Assembly (NCBI GenBank): GCA_010015805.1
Contig: ML978128.1
Coordinates: 1 to 64,000, forward strand
DNA length: 64,000 nucleotides
Direction of reading: 5' to 3'
Origin: Rhizodiscina lignyota
Lineage: Eukaryota
In this document: one piece after another, positions 22,469-35,372 of the stretch
Position numbering within the stretch: the first letter of the stretch is position 1
Layout: the number at the start of each line of letters is the position of its first letter
The notes under the pieces: generated by a model
The model's database searches: none
What the model saw: only the letters and a program-made list of their open reading frames with translations
What the model was told of the DNA's origin: nothing
Program-made: the position numbers and the translations under genes

Positions 22469-24075
22469 ATGGCAGCAACACCGCCTCCGCCGAAGCGCGT
22501 CCGCACACCTCAGACACCTCGCTTCGGCCCAAAGTACGATAACTACGAGCCCTTTTCTCCTCGAAGATCATCACGAATTGCGAATCGCGCGGGTGTCGAC
22601 GCAAACCTCAGCACCGAGTCGAACGGCAGTCAAACTCCCAATCACTCCGAGCTTTTGACTTCATCGAGCAGCGGACTCATCAATTCTGCTCCCAACTCGA
22701 CCCAGGCCTTCTCGCCGCCGGTAAGCCCTATCTCGCCAGCGAAGCGAGCAAACACCAGAGCAAAGAGGGGAGATCTTGATACACTTACCCCGAGGAAGCA
22801 GCGCCGAGTGAAAATGCTTGCGGATCAAGAGTCCGATTCAGATCACGCCGGCTCGGCTCCACAAGGCTCCAAAGCAATGCTCTCCCACAATCTTGGTGCT
22901 GGAATGCTGCCAACGCCTGCTAAGACTCCAAGAAAGCGCGCTGTCCCTGGTGAAATTGTCAAGTCGACTGCACGAGTCCTCTTTGCTGACCGCCCCGCAA
23001 ACGTCGAAGACGCCATGCCCTCCATGCGCAAGTCTAAGAATCGAAAGCGCATGTTTTCACTTGATGGGCAGGACGACGGCGATGATGAGGCTGGCAAGGT
23101 TGCAATCTATACTGACTCGAAGGAGAAAGTGCCGGAAGTCGACGATGCAGAGGACAATCCGTTCTACACGAAGTCCGGCAGCAAGAATAAGGTGAAGGGT
23201 GAAGGCGAGCAGAAGCTCCAAGATGAGAGGAGAAGCCGGAGGCCTGCTGAGATGCTTGAAGAGGAAGCGGAGATGGAGAAGAATGTCAAGAATGATGAAG
23301 GAATGATCTATGTCTTGTAAGAGCCTCATAATCCTTTATATCACTCGGAAGACATTGCTAATGAATCAACAGTCGCGGTCGCAAGGTCTACCGCAAATTC
23401 GACAACATGTCCGCCGCCGCAACCGCCGCCAACTCGGACACCGAGGCTGACTCTCTGAGCATTAGCTCCATCATCAAGCGCAAAGCTGGTGCTGCTGCAT
23501 CTGAGCCATTCACTCGTCACTCCGTCACCCCGCGACTGCTCTTCCCTAACGAAGAGCAACGCCGCAAGATGGAGGAGCGCGAGCGCCGCGAAGAGGAGGA
23601 AGCTCTTACGGATATCGAGGTCCCTCTGGCTGACGACCCGGAGACCGGTCACTTACAAGTGGAAGGTGGTACGGCTGGAGAAGAGATGACGACTCCAGTG
23701 AAGACGAACTTCGAGCCAGCTACACCTCCATCCTCGAACAAGTCAAAGAAGAAGGCTCGAGGCAAGGCGAGGGAGGTTGCAACTCATATCGACAAGGATA
23801 CGGAGATGGCAGTGGTTGATGAAGCAGAGGTAATGGCGCATGCGGTGGACTCGGAACTTGAGGGAGCGGACGATCGAAGTGAACTTGACATGCCTCGAAC
23901 GCGTTCGAAGAAAGTCAGTCCATTCACGTCCTGGCTGCGCACCAAGCCAGGCATGGCTGCGAAGGGTGAGTCGAAAGGCACGAAGCGCGAACGTGAGCAA
24001 GATATGTCTGAAGTTGGTGGTGCAGGTTCTGGCAAGAGAGTGAGGAGTGGAACGCTCCCTGAAGCGTCAACTTGA
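22469..24075 (+). CDS. Putative Rum1/Sic1-like cyclin-dependent kinase inhibitor; intron 23317-23372
   Basis: GTAAGA..GCTAAT..CAG intron joins two ORFs to give EGMIYVF-RGRKVYRKF; also LPTPAKTPRK, DNPF, TPRLLF and many S/T-P sites. The gene itself is highly likely; the function is inferred. Confidence 0.7.
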
Positions 24076-24914
24076 CGCGTTGGGAACAACTGCGGAACTT
24101 CCCGCCAGCAACTGCGAATGGGTCAACGACAGCGAACGCCGCCGCATCTTTGACCAATACCGGATGATTCATTATTCAGCACAAGTCTCTATCGGACTCC
24201 TTTGATGTCCTTGTCGGAGACGGAGTGCTACATTTGGGAGGAGTTGGGGAATTGGATTTTCTGGCATGCATGACGAAACGACCACTTTTCCTTTGTTCAT
24301 TTGTTTCTCAAAGCCGTCAAAGGTCTCTGCGGCGGATGATCCTCTTTACTTTTAGGTACCATAACGACATTGTCAGGTACGTCTGGTAAACAAAGCAGCG
24401 ATGGCGTCTGGGGGCGGTGTACCTTGTGCAGACAAAGAACCCCGTTGTGCGCTCTACAATGCATTCTCATCTTGTGCAAGCCTTTCGTTTGATCCCCTGG
24501 GCTTATGTATAGCCCGCCATGCGATTCGTGTTGCTTCTGGATCTCTATATCATCGAACCTCGCGGTTTTTCGTTCTGTCAGTTCTACACCCAACACAAGG
24601 AACGCGCACAGTGTTTTGTCCATAACAATACACTGTGTACTTGAAGGATATACCTCTCGCTTGTCCAAGCTCACTATTAGTGTTCGACAAGATTCACGTT
24701 ACCTATTTCCCAGTTCACACTTCGAACTACACTTTGCTTTTCTTCTATATACTCGCGTTCCGACAACCCTCACGTACTCTTTCCAATATCTTTGGCACTG
24801 GAAGTGCTCTATCGACTCCCAACGCACTACAATAGCCCGGCGTCGTTGTTCGCTCGATTCATAAAAACAAACCTAACAGCAAAGCGGAGTTGTACCGAGT
24901 ATCTTACCGCAACG

Positions 24915-26228
24915 ATGTGCCAGTTTCGAATCTGTATCAATCTGTGCGGTCATTACACTTTCACTATTGCGACCCCCTGTCGTCGCTTTTCCACCGCCTC
25001 CGAAGTCATATCAGGCCCTGAGTTCCCGCAACCGCGCTTCAACCGCGTTCGAGACCCCGTGACTGGCCTAATCACCTACCCTAAGACCACTCTTCACAAT
25101 CAGAATGTCAATGGCATAGAACCATGCCGTAGGCCGACAAGCCCAAGCGACGAGACAATCACGAGAGTCTTCCTTGTCCCATTCCGATGCGAGGGCAGCC
25201 GCCTCAACGAATGTGCTCGTAGGGAAGCTGAGTGGGCATGGCGCGAGTCCGGCCCTCTTGCAGCGAAGGAGCTCCAGAGGCAGAACGACCAACTCTACGA
25301 CTATGGCACACAGGCGATTGCTCAGTTGAGGGAGACCCTCGAGAAGCTGGGCATGAAGGAACAGGATTTGGAGGAGTGTCTGAATGGTAAGACACATCTC
25401 GATCAAGTCAAACAACATGTCTCTACTGCTATTACTAAAGGAGAGGAGTCAGAAATCAGTGAGCTAACACTAACGAAAGTCCTACTCAACTACGACAAGA
25501 TCTCGATACCTCTATACGGCGTTCTCCAAAGCATCCATCGCCTCAAGGGATACGGCGGTCTTATCAACCAGTTCGAGTTGGAATGGGCTGCCGCCGACGC
25601 CCTGAAGTCGAGTGTTCCGGAAAATCGCCTCCCTATGGAGCGTGAATTCAACGACCTTGCCGCCACAGCGATCACCGTCTTGTTCAAGGGTAAGAAGTGT
25701 CTGGTGGAGCTACAGCGTGTCCTTCAGACCTTCCGTCACCGCGCTGAGGCGCTTGCGCCTGCCCCAGGGTCTTGGGACCAGATATTTGAGCATTGCTTGA
25801 GCATCGGAAATGGCAAGACGCCTGGACACACTGCATTCGATCCTACTATTCGGAGGCCGGAACGAGGACAGTCACCGCCGAACCCGGAGTCAATGGAGAA
25901 GAAGGATGAGGAGGTTACATCGCCTGGATTGACGAAGGGCGAGTTCGAGTACTTGGCAGTTAACAATATTTTGGGCAATGGTCCGCTCCAAGCAGAGCTA
26001 ATCACAAACGACAATCAGTCGAAAGTGGGGAGGAAGAGGGCGAGCACCCTGAATCCGTCAGCGATGGAGTTCGTCCTGGGTGCATTCCAAGATCTGAACG
26101 TTAACGAGACCGAAGAGCACCGAAGGATTGACTCTGTGGTCGACGCCAAGGTTAGCGTCCAAGGAGAATATGATGAGGACTGCCCCATCTGTGGGGACTT
26201 CTGCTTCTGTAAGAATCTCCTACACTAG
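24915..26228 (+). CDS. Hypothetical protein with N-terminal C..CGH motif, PAM2-like motif and C-terminal Cys cluster
   Basis: Long ORF; first ATG gives MCQFRICINLCGHYTF; STLNPSAMEFVL; CPICGDFCFC at the end. Confidence 0.75.
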   Translation: MCQFRICINLCGHYTFTIATPCRRFSTASEVISGPEFPQPRFNRVRDPVTGLITYPKTTLHNQNVNGIEPCRRPTSPSDETITRVFLVPFRCEGSRLNECARREAEWAWRESGPLAAKELQRQNDQLYDYGTQAIAQLRETLEKLGMKEQDLEECLNGKTHLDQVKQHVSTAITKGEESEISELTLTKVLLNYDKISIPLYGVLQSIHRLKGYGGLINQFELEWAAADALKSSVPENRLPMEREFNDLAATAITVLFKGKKCLVELQRVLQTFRHRAEALAPAPGSWDQIFEHCLSIGNGKTPGHTAFDPTIRRPERGQSPPNPESMEKKDEEVTSPGLTKGEFEYLAVNNILGNGPLQAELITNDNQSKVGRKRASTLNPSAMEFVLGAFQDLNVNETEEHRRIDSVVDAKVSVQGEYDEDCPICGDFCFCKNLLH

Positions 26229-26359
26229 AGCATGGATCATGTACTGTCATGATCCGCATTACAGGAAGGTTGCGCTTCTGTAAAACTGTACAGCGAAAAC
26301 TAAATTGATTGGTTGTATCTTTGCAAAACTTTAAACTTGCTCCCCTTTTCTCTTTGTAC

Positions 26360-27981
26360 TTAACCAGCGATGTTAATGACCACGCTCTTCGTGAATACAT
26401 ACTCCTCAATGCCCTCTCTACCACCTTCCCTGCCGAAACCACTCTCTTTCACACCACCGAACGGGCTTTCCGCCGCGCTCAAAATACCTGAATTGACACC
26501 AACCATGCCGACCTCGAGGCCTTCGCTGATGCGATACATGCGTCCAATATCCTCCGTGATGACATACGAGCCGAGGCCGACGTCCGCGTCGTTTGCGAGC
26601 TCGAGTACCTCATCTTCCGTTTCGAACTTGTAGAGTGCAACGACAGGAGCGAATGTCTCCTCGGACCAGTTGATGGAGTTTTTGGACATTCCGGATAGGA
26701 TGGTGGGTTGGAGGAAATAGCCGGGCTTCTCCTTCATGGGTTCGCCGCCGAGGATGACCTTGGCGCCGCCCTTCTTAGCATCTGCAGAATGTCAGTCTAT
26801 TAATTTGGCTGTTTTTCTTTGAGAGATGGTTCTTACCGTTGATGTGGGTCATCGCCTTGTCGACAGCACGCTCGTGCGTGAGTGGGCCGACTGTGACGCC
26901 CTCCTCGGTGCCGAGACCGACCTTTTGCTTCTTGATCGCCTCGACGAGCGCTTCTGAGTACTTGTCGTAGATTCCGGATTGAACGAAGACACGGTTTGCA
27001 GAGACACAACTAATCATTGTTAGACTCGTACTCCTTTGGCCCCGGGGCACTCGGAACTCACGTTTGACCAGCATTTCGGAACTTGGCCGCTATTGTCGCG
27101 TTGATTGCGTTTGAGATCTTTGCGTCATCGAAAATGATAAGGGGGCTGTTACCGCCGAGTTCGAGGGATAATTTCTTCACGCTCGAAGCGCACTGCTTCA
27201 TCAGGATCTTGCCGACGCGAGTTGAACCAGTGAAGGAGAGCTTCTTGACGAGCTTATTTGTGCACAGTTCCTCGCCGACTTCTGAGACAGTGTTCAACGT
27301 TGTGATCAGGTTGATCGAGCCCTTGGGGAATCCAGCCTGGGTAGCAAGAACAGCCTGGGCGATTGCGCTGAGGGGCGTCTCTCCAGCTGGCTTCCATACG
27401 GTCGTGCAGCCCGCTGCCAGAGCAGCTCCGCACTTGCGAGTGATCATAGCAATAGGGAAATTCCACGGCGCAAGACATGCTGCGACACCAATCGGCTGCT
27501 TCATGGTCATGATTCTCACTGCTGGGTTACCAGGTGGAATCGTCTGGCCAGAAACTCTCTCCGCCTCGCCGGCAAACCACTCGAGGAAGCTCGCACTGTA
27601 CGCAACCTCACCCTTTGCTTCGGTCAACGTCTTTCCGTTCTCAAGGCAGAGGATAAGAGCCAAGTCGTCCACATTCTCCATGTTAAGATCATACCACTTG
27701 CGCATCATCCTAGCTCTTTCACGTGCGGTCGTCTTCTTGAACGACTTGAAGGCATCGTGCGCTGCCTGGACGGCCTCGGCAGTCTCCCTCTTGTCCATTT
27801 CTGGCACCGTAGCGAGCTTTTCTAACGTCGCAGGGTCGACGACATCGAATGTCTTGCCCGAGTGGGCTTTCTCGATCCACTCGCCGTTGATGTAGCCGGC
27901 ATAGTGGAGAAGAGCCTTGTTCTTGACCGAGTCAAGGTTCTTCAATTGGTGGGCTGCGCCGTTCGTACCGTTAGATGCCAT
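26360..27981 (-). CDS. UGA2: Succinate-semialdehyde dehydrogenase (NAD(P)+, ALDH family); 2 introns
   Basis: PWNFPIAMITRK.GAALAAGCT, SFTGSTRVGK, KKLSLELGGN, KFRNAGQT|CVSANR, EETFAPV, PFGGVKESGFGREG. Confidence 0.9.
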
Positions 27982-28444
27982 TTTGGAAAGCTATGGGATA
28001 AAAATTCAATTGTCAAAATCGAATATTGGAAACCCGGGACTCGGCGACCCGATTCTTTATAAATGGCCTCGGGAATATTCGCGTATGAGGGCGGGTATAT
28101 GACCGAACATCTTCAACCCCGCAGGAGAGAGGCTCGCCGAGACCCGGTACAGGAAGCGATTTGTTATTCGCAAGTCACACAGCGGGATCATCCTCCGTCC
28201 GTCTCAAGTTTGATGTCTCGCATCGGACTGTCCCAAGAAGCTGTGATAAGGTTCTTACTGCATCCTAAGAGAGAATAATACTTAGTCTTGGCGTCTACCT
28301 GCCTCACTTGTCGGACTTGACTTGGATTGTTCTACTCAAAATGCTTGATTTGTGACCTGATCAGTAATTCACTGTTGAATGCTAACTTATTCGTACAAGT
28401 GAGTACTACTCCACTGACTCGCCAGAAGGACAGAACCATGTCTC

Positions 28445-30153
28445 TCAAGCTAGCTCTCCCCCGTTGACGACAAACAGACAGCTTCCACTGCCTGGTTTGC
28501 TAACAACCACTGCTTCTTTGAGCTTCTCCTCAGAAATGTCAGGGAACTTCTTCTTGTAGTATCTTCTCTCCCAAGTCTCTTTGACTTTGTCGACTTTATT
28601 CTTCGGCACGAGGTGGACACTGCAACCACCCCATCCGGCGCCAGTGAGTCGGCTTCCATACGCTCCTACACCGCGAGCAAGCTGGCAAAGTTCGTCCAGC
28701 TCCGGACAGCTGCACTCGAACACATCTCGGCATGAGTCCTGGGTCTCATTCATGAGATCGCCTAGGTCTTTCAGAAGCGCCTGGCTGCCGCCTTCGGAGG
28801 GAGGAGACGAGAGAAGGTCCATGAACTTCAGTACGCGTAATGCTTCGGTGAAGACGTGCAAGGCACGCTGTCGGAGCATAAAGCGCTCAGCTCGGATTTT
28901 GAATTTTGACATGAAACGTTGCTCAATCTCTTCGACAGAAATTCCTAGTAGCAACGAAATGTCTTCCCGGGTGTATCCATCTTCTTGGATCATGTAGTCT
29001 TCCACTAGTGTGACGAGCTTCTTAAGCTGCACAGCGAAATCCGGAACAGAGGTTTTTGAGTTGTCAGGAATACCTTCCTTCTCTTCGAAATACGTATCGT
29101 GAAAGCCTCGAAGACTCACACCTAATGGTCCTTGGTCCTCGGGTAAGGGCTTCTCTAAGCGGAAGATCTTGGCGAGGAGGACAGCAGCTAAGCTAACCTC
29201 TACCACACGAAGATTATAGCCAACAGGAGCAAATGTCGCCTTATCTGCAGCGACAAAGCTTTGCGCGACGACAAAAGTGAGCTCCGGATCTGTTGCTGGG
29301 AACTCGATGTGCTTGACGGATAACGACGGCTTAAAGGAGACATAAAGAGCCTTCCCTCTCTGAGGAAATACTGACGCAGATTGATCCATTCTGTGATGAA
29401 TTAGCATAACATCCAAACCAGTAAACATCGGTTGACAGCGTACCCGCCGGAAAAGACCCCGACGGCCCGCTCGGAGACGATTGCAAGCTCTACCAACTCC
29501 TTCTGATTGACTTTCTCCTCTCCGTTCGCCTTCAAAACAGCAAGGGCACTTGCACAGACAAATGCTGCACTACTAGAAAGACCACCACCGCTGGGTACGT
29601 TTCCATCCATGAGGACGTCCATGCCGACGGCTTTGAAGTCGTCGCCTCTCTTCTTTCGTAGCAGTTCAGAGGCTCCGCGCAAACCGGCCTTAAAGTAGTT
29701 GGTCCATTCCAATGAAGACGCATCAATATCGATGTTGCCACCGAGCGGAATGTCAAATTCATGTGGCTCAAATTTTCCGTGGTTGATGTTTGTCAATCTT
29801 GCGACAGGCTCGTCTGTGGACGGGTGGACTGCAATGGCGAGGAGAACATCCACCTCAACGGCCATCGGCAGTACTTCATAGAGGGAGTAGTCGATATGCT
29901 ACAAAATTAGTTCATCGTAGAGAGGGCAAAGTGCGAGTATGTCGAATTCGAAAACAGAAAGCCATACTTAGGAAATGGAGCCACGAACTTCGCCTATTAT
30001 GTTCACTCTTCCCGGACTTCTTGAAACAAAGTCTGCAGGCCTGCCGTACTTCTCTTTAAATTGGCTCAACAAATTGTCCCATCTTGCCTTTTGGGTGGGG
30101 ACAGAGTCTTCTGGGTAGACGTCGCTGAGCGAGGACGCAATGGGAACGTCCAT
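28445..30153 (-). CDS. GAL1: Galactokinase (GHMP kinase); 2 introns
   Basis: RSPGRVNIIGE|HIDYS, GNVPSGGGLSSSAAF, GG|MDQSASV, RQRALHVFTEA.RV, GSRLTGAGWGGC. Confidence 0.95.
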
Positions 30154-31245
30154 GGCTGCGCCGCCCTCGAAATTGAGCTGAATGGAAACACCACGGGTTT
30201 AGTCGATAGAAACTTGGGAAGGTTGAAGGCGGTTTCTGCGTAATGAGGCTCACAAGCTTTGCTAAACGCTCTTTCAATCGATTTTGATGTTACATCGCAG
30301 GCGTGCGGGCTGGCACATGGAGAAATATGTAGCCACGCTAATCCTAAAATAGACAGTCGCGCCTGTGACGTCCGAACCTCATTCGTAACGTTCAGAATTT
30401 ACTCAGTTCGCTCATCTTAAGGGGGGTTTCTTTCGCTCGAACACATTCTTCATTTACATATTGGCATAGTCGAACCCTCCGCAACCCTATGTCCAACGTC
30501 TCACGACATCGAAATTTCTGAAATTTCTGAACGAACAAGGATTGACACTGGGAGTACGCGAGAGATCACAGCAGTGGATGCGAAGTTGGACGTCCAAAGA
30601 GCATAGTCCCCTCTAATCTAACTGCTTATGAAATTAGAATCTGGAAAGATCGGGGGTGACAAATAGGTTGGTACGCAGATTTTATAGCTTTGGGATTGAG
30701 AGTCAATGAGTTATTCCACCGAATTCTCTCATATGATGTAGCATAGTATTACTTCCCTGATAGCCTCTATTCTGTTGCCTCTACTTCGTGATCCCAAGGA
30801 TAGCATTAATGCGAGAGCTGTGTCATCTTCCTGACCTTTGGCTGCAATTAAAAGACGACTCGACACTCCGTCTCCTCTCTTTAGCTGCCTTTCAACCATA
30901 CTTGAACGACGACATTGGTTCTGGAAAGGCTTGCTTTCAGTCACCTCAACCTCAGAGAGTGAGGTACGAAATGATTGCATGTCGTTTAAACTTGTATATC
31001 TGCGGTGGCTTATCTTCCATTGATCTCACCTTAGCGTCTAAACCATGATGAGCTAGAGGATTTTTGTTAACTTTTCGATGCTTCAACTATAATCTGATCA
31101 TTCTTGTGCTCCCGGAATCTGATCCATCGTTGTATTCCGTAAGCAGCGCATTTCTCACCTCGAAGAGGTGTCCGTCATTAAATACAAGTAGGCAATTTGA
31201 GAGGCCACCCTCGGCACACTGCGTTACAACTTTTCGAATGCTTCT

Positions 31246-32460
31246 TCACGTCTCCAGCTTTTTCAGCTTTCCCTCACGAGCATTCACCAACGAAGTTCCG
31301 CCATTTTTGAGCTTCCGTTGAAAGGGGCGCACCTGAGTCAAGATCTTTTCACGGAAGCATGCGTTCCTGCCTGCCTGTATCTTGTTCTTCTCCCGCATCA
31401 TATCGTGTCGCTCTTTGTCCACTGCGAGAAATTCTCTGTAGATCCCCAACACCTTGTCCTCCCTTTCTATCATTTCATCTCTAATTCCTTCTAGCTTTTC
31501 TCCACGTTCTTCCGCTCGGTCCAATCGACTGGATGCCCGGCGCATACTCCATTCCATCTGTTCCAGAGTTCTTAACAAGAGATTCGTCTTTTCGTCCACC
31601 TCTTTGCACTTTCTTGCCAACGTCGCCGTGGGCTTGTCATCTTTTGGAGTCGCTTTTCTCAACATGAACGTAACGAGAGGAATCTCGTTGTTACTAACGA
31701 TATTCACGTCGAAGGCCAAACTTCCGGTCTTATCCTCAAGCTCAGCGTACTTGTGATCGGATCGCCATGCGCAGTCCGGCCCAATGTGGGATGCCTCACG
31801 CAAGACAGGGCATATCAAAGCGAATTCCTCGGTGATGTCTGCTATGGCCTCAATGCCCCTATCCACGGCCTTGTCAAAGCCCTCCGCGTCATCGAAGGCC
31901 TCGAATGGCCATCGAAACTCCACTGTCTGCAGAGGGTCTGCACTTAACAGCATGTACTTGAGCGCGGCTGTTGCGTCCGATCTGAGCTCCGCAAATTTGC
32001 TCCACCAGTCACCAAAAGACTCTGGTCCCGTTGGATGACCCAGCATGATGTGCTTGATGTTCGTCTTCTTTGTGATGACCCCCAGCGCGTTCGTGGCGTC
32101 ATTGGGTGCGTCTTTCTTGTCGCAGTACAGTGAGAAGTCATCAGAGTGTAAGATAATCGACTCTATGCAAGCGAGGGATGTTGAAGGAAGACTCCGCAGG
32201 AACTCCAGTCCTCCAGCTAGTCGAAAGTCGAAAGCGTTCTTGCCGAAGAGGATAGGTAGAGCTTCAGCCCGCATTTCGCGATTCGCAAGGAGGATATTCG
32301 TAGCGATGGGCTCTCCAGGAAACAATCGAAACCCCTGGGGAAAATATCGGAGGTCCTGCGACTCTATAATGGCCAGACCCTCTGGACGGCAAAGTGCCGC
32401 TTCGTAGATCATATCCCGAAGCTCACGCGGAAGGCCGCGATATGGTTGATGATACGACAT
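31246..32460 (-). CDS. F-box-like (LP.ELR..IY) hypothetical protein, 'PYRGLP' family member 1
   Basis: MSYHQPYRGLPRELRDMIYEAALC; ILLANREMRAEALPILFGKNAFDF; C-terminal coiled coil. Confidence 0.8.
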   Translation of the reverse strand: MSYHQPYRGLPRELRDMIYEAALCRPEGLAIIESQDLRYFPQGFRLFPGEPIATNILLANREMRAEALPILFGKNAFDFRLAGGLEFLRSLPSTSLACIESIILHSDDFSLYCDKKDAPNDATNALGVITKKTNIKHIMLGHPTGPESFGDWWSKFAELRSDATAALKYMLLSADPLQTVEFRWPFEAFDDAEGFDKAVDRGIEAIADITEEFALICPVLREASHIGPDCAWRSDHKYAELEDKTGSLAFDVNIVSNNEIPLVTFMLRKATPKDDKPTATLARKCKEVDEKTNLLLRTLEQMEWSMRRASSRLDRAEERGEKLEGIRDEMIEREDKVLGIYREFLAVDKERHDMMREKNKIQAGRNACFREKILTQVRPFQRKLKNGGTSLVNAREGKLKKLET

Positions 32461-33152
32461 GGTTGAGTGTTAACGACAATGGTGTACGCGAAGTATGAAG
32501 TAGGGTTCGCTCCTCGACGTGAAGGCGTGTCTATACTGATAATCGGTACGGAGTGGGCTGAGTTCCCGCTGACGTATGAAGGCACTGGAGAGAAGGAAAC
32601 TAAGGAAAGTGACTCGTAGTAAGAAGTTAAAGTTTCCATGTTCAAGGAGAGTAGGACACTGATCATCGCATATGCGATAATCAGAGCCATTTTCAAAGAA
32701 GATACCTATCCCGTAGAGCCGCAAGGTATTGTTTTGAAAGGGAATGTTTCTCGTTGTGCTGGTCGGTGTAGTTAAGAAGTGGAAGGGAAGAGGATGCGCG
32801 TTGAAACGCTAAATATTGACGATCATTGAGTGCGTTGGCTTGGCTTACGTAAGGTAACGTTCGAAAACTCTGAAGGAAAGAGCGACGCGAGCGCGTGTTT
32901 GATCTCTGCGTATTGGTGCGTAAACATAAGCTTCACCACTTGCTTCCTGGGCAAGATCGTAAGGCTTTGGGAACATGAATATAATTCGTCCCTCAAACAG
33001 GATTTCCTCAGAGAGGAGGGCATCAGAATGTGAGCTGGTATTCGCCTCACCCTAAATTAGCCCTGTGAGCACTCCATTGGCATAGGCTCTCCCCGTGCTT
33101 AAATTATCCGGACGCCACGCCAGATGCATACAATCCAATACATGCAAACTCT

Positions 33153-34124
<972 letters not shown>

Positions 34125-34387
34125 TCAAGGATTGCGCTCGTTCGCGTCATTTCGAGGGATCGCTAAGAGACTTTGAATCTTGCTATGCATTATTGGTAAT
34201 GCGAACTATTGCCGTGGAGACTCAACGTGGAACGTCGTGTTATTGTATCAATTGATGTTATTTGAGTGGCCTGAATTCATGCGGTAACGACTTCTCTTCT
34301 GCGATCCCCATCTGCTAACAAATATGCTTCCTTTAATAGGATTGGTACTTCTAACGATGATGTCCGAAGACTCACGCTTCGAGCGCG

Positions 34388-35255
34388 ATGGCTCCTCTCC
34401 TCTTAGCGCATCTCCTGTCCAGTCCTCTCAGCTCCCCTCGTAGTTCCAGGCCGGCTTCACCTGCGGCGCCGCCGCGTCGTTCCCATTCCGCCTCTCCTTT
34501 GAAACCCTCATACTCATCTATAATCAAGGGCGCACAGTCGCGCCCACAGGTTGCGCGGCTTCGTCATAAGAGAGTTCCTATGGTGGCTAAGCTGCAGAAA
34601 CTTAAGTCATACCTGGAGTCATGGCCTCAACTTCAAATTTTTTGTAAGAGCATGGATAATCGTAGATTCGCCTATAGCTCCGGCCTACCTAGAAAATATC
34701 GTCTCCAAGAGTTCCAGGCACTTCTGGCGGAGGAAGAGGTTGAGATATACTCTGCGTATCACTCCGGGCTGCTATGACATGTGCTGCTCCTGTCATACAA
34801 AAAGAATTGAAGCACCTGCATAACTCTGCAAGCTTCGGAAAATGCGATCTACTATTAGCCTGGATTCTGTCGATGGGATAAATCTAGAGGAGGCGTGCAA
34901 GATCATGAAGGAACTTGCACCGCTGTGGACGATATTCCTTCAATCCATCATGCGAAATTGGCGAGCCCATCAGGACGGCTACCGCAGGAAAGTTGAATCT
35001 CCATACGGCACAATATACACAACCACATGTATTGTGTGCCGATGTCATGCAAGGCAGAAGTCGAACTATCTGGCAAAGAAGTTTGGGCAATCTCTTGCGG
35101 GAGCTCCTACGAGTTGTCGTGTGATTGACGCTTTGACAGAATTGGGCATAAGTGAGTCTTACAAATACGCCAACGCAGGCATGGGCTTAGCTGCCGCAGA
35201 GGGCGAAGGAGATGTAACGGAGAATATTGCGGCTAAATCTCATGACCACAATTGA
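34388..35255 (+). pseudogene. Frameshifted, truncated relic resembling the N-terminal part of fungal DUF6589-type proteins
   Basis: Protein-like blocks spread over different frames (GLNFKFFVRAWI; KELKHL....SFG; ELAPLWTIFL...KSNYLAKKFG..LAG....RVIDALTELGISESY), ending abruptly. Confidence 0.5.
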
Positions 35256-35372
35256 TCATTTATGTATATTTAAGATCATTCATATTAGATTCATTTGTAC
35301 TGGGCTTTTACCCTCTATCTCTATGCAGTCATAAAGTGTCTATGGCAACCTTCTAAAACATTCTTGAAACTA

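Noticed and set aside
26360..30153. SSADH plus galactokinase as a metabolic cluster
   Set aside because: Unrelated pathways; no GAL7/GAL10 or GABA transaminase nearby
30511..30532. GAAATTTCT tandem as a heat-shock element
   Set aside because: Spacing does not fit nGAAnnTTCnnGAAn; just a 9-bp duplication
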